DNA of 64,000 nucleotides from a virus: IMG/VR virus record IMGVR_UViG_3300019458_000027, positions 25,191 to 89,190 of that record; one strand, 5' to 3'. Shown piece by piece: positions 63,022 to 64,000 of this stretch (position 1 is its first letter; each line of letters starts with the position of its first letter). The notes under the pieces were generated by a model. It saw only the letters and a program-made list of their open reading frames with translations, ran no database searches and was not told where the DNA came from. The position numbers and the translations under genes were made by a program.

Positions 63022-63456
63022 TTATCCTCCTAGATTTTTTGTCAGTGATTTTTCTGAAAGTAACGCTTCCTGATTCTTCTTAGTCGTATTGACTATTTGT
63101 TCACACTTGAGCATTTGGGCTTCGGCAAAGTCCCGAAGGAAACGCTCCTTTGCCACCGCAAAGCTGGCTTCTCTCTCTGCCACGGCAGAAACGAATTTAT
63201 CCGTGGTAAGACGCTTGCTATTAACATAGGTCCCAACTTCGTTGTTGGTCTTTACGGCACTTGCTGTCTTAAATCTCGGTATCCAGAAACAATAATGCGC
63301 CGTTCCTGCATTCATCCACCGAGAGTTTGTGTCTGGGTCTAACGTCCTACCACTCAGCACCCACTCTAATAGCTCGTTGGCAATTTTATCAACGGCGGTG
63401 GCCGATTCCAACCAGTCGGTCGGAATTTCGCTCGTAAAATCACCTTGGATTGGCAC
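63022..63456 (-). CDS. Hypothetical protein
   Basis: 144 aa, helical C-half. Confidence 0.55.
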   Translation of the reverse strand: MPIQGDFTSEIPTDWLESATAVDKIANELLEWVLSGRTLDPDTNSRWMNAGTAHYCFWIPRFKTASAVKTNNEVGTYVNSKRLTTDKFVSAVAEREASFAVAKERFLRDFAEAQMLKCEQIVNTTKKNQEALLSEKSLTKNLGG

Positions 63457-63658
63457 TAGAGGCCTCCTTTACTAGGTTAACCAATTCAATCCATTCATCG
63501 GCATCGAAGAACATGGTAATACCCTTATCAAACAATTCCACAATCACCATGTCCTCGTCAACGTGGACGGAGCCATAGTCATTGGCGGCAAGGTGTCCTA
63601 ACTCGTCGTTCCCCTCGGATTCATTCCTATATTTAGGCATTGGGAGACGGCTTCTCAT
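63440..63658 (-). CDS. Hypothetical acidic protein
   Basis: 72 aa. Confidence 0.5.
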   Translation of the reverse strand: MRSRLPMPKYRNESEGNDELGHLAANDYGSVHVDEDMVIVELFDKGITMFFDADEWIELVNLVKEASSANPR

Positions 63659-63830
63659 GAAGATCGGTTTTCATCAACTCAACAAGCTTTACCGTCAATT
63701 CCTTATTGACAGTTTCTAGAGACTCCCCATCCTCTATCTCGGCCTCCAACTCATTCTCCACACGGAGAGATTCATAATTGCCGAGATTCTTGACCTTCCC
63801 AAATCTTTTAGTCAATCGTGTAATTTTCAT
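63633..63830 (-). CDS. Small phage protein (NLGNYESLRV motif)
   Basis: Start at MKITR (GAGG RBS). Confidence 0.6.
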   Translation of the reverse strand: MKITRLTKRFGKVKNLGNYESLRVENELEAEIEDGESLETVNKELTVKLVELMKTDLHEKPSPNA

Positions 63831-63838
63831 GGCTACCT

Positions 63839-64000
63839 CTATTTTACCCCCACAACCTCTTCCGAGACTTTCTCCATCTGACCCCATGACTTCCCCACCT
63901 TGAGGTCTATTTCAATGGGAACCCTTCTCTCCAATTCTGTAAATACAGAGGGGTATTCAGTCATGTCTTTCCTAATAATTTTAATGACCTCATCTTTTTC
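63839..64000 (-). CDS. Family A DNA polymerase, C-terminal end (partial)
   Basis: My translation EKDEVIKIIRKDMTEYP...RVPIEIDLKVGKSWGQMEK matches the PolA C-terminal VP..D...G.SW pattern. Confidence 0.6.
   Translation of the reverse strand, partial: EKDEVIKIIRKDMTEYPSVFTELERRVPIEIDLKVGKSWGQMEKVSEEVVGVK

Noticed and set aside
1-64000. tRNA, tmRNA, rRNA, integrase, transposase, att sites
   Set aside because: No cloverleaf/T-loop signatures in the few non-coding gaps and no recombinase or transposase motifs; lifestyle cannot be determined from this window

Overview
The whole 64 kb window is an internal segment of a large tailed dsDNA phage genome (HK97-fold capsid). About 115 genes tile the minus strand in genetic code 11 with GGAGG-type RBSs. 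I found no host housekeeping genes, integrase, tRNA or CRISPR array; the host cannot be assigned. In transcription order (64000 -> 1): C-terminus of a family A DNA polymerase, SSB, dNMP kinase, RuvC, a DUF4338/Mom-like GNAT protein, RecA, M14 peptidase, peptide deformylase-SEC-C, Rnl2 RNA ligase, Mre11/Rad50; then a nucleotide module (PurZ0-type adenylosuccinate synthetase homologue with GSEGKG, metallophosphoesterase, two SemiSWEET/PQ-loop-like 3-TM proteins, DeoC, NDT-family N-glycosidase), trypsin-like protease, AAA ATPase, two tandem Mom-like genes and a sigma-70 region-4 protein; then a structured leader, TerS/TerL, about 21 kb of accessory genes (two structured RNAs, one resembling a group I ribozyme core; three LamG proteins with nested domains), portal, MuF, prohead protease/scaffold, major capsid protein, head fibres and head-tail adaptor. 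Best candidates for an undescribed system: (1) a head-cargo system in which a Lys-preceded W-D-E-x-K-H-P-R-D-x-x-G-K-F tag (9 copies in 5 proteins) heads interchangeable domains, including a T3-type SAM-lyase-like and an ART-like domain fused to MuF, plus one protein that copies the capsid protein N-arm; (2) a PurZ0 + NDT + DeoC + Mom-like base-modification toolkit; (3) a C-terminal K-W-K-I-R-E-K-G-K motif shared by four unrelated proteins. All family calls are by motif recognition, not database search.
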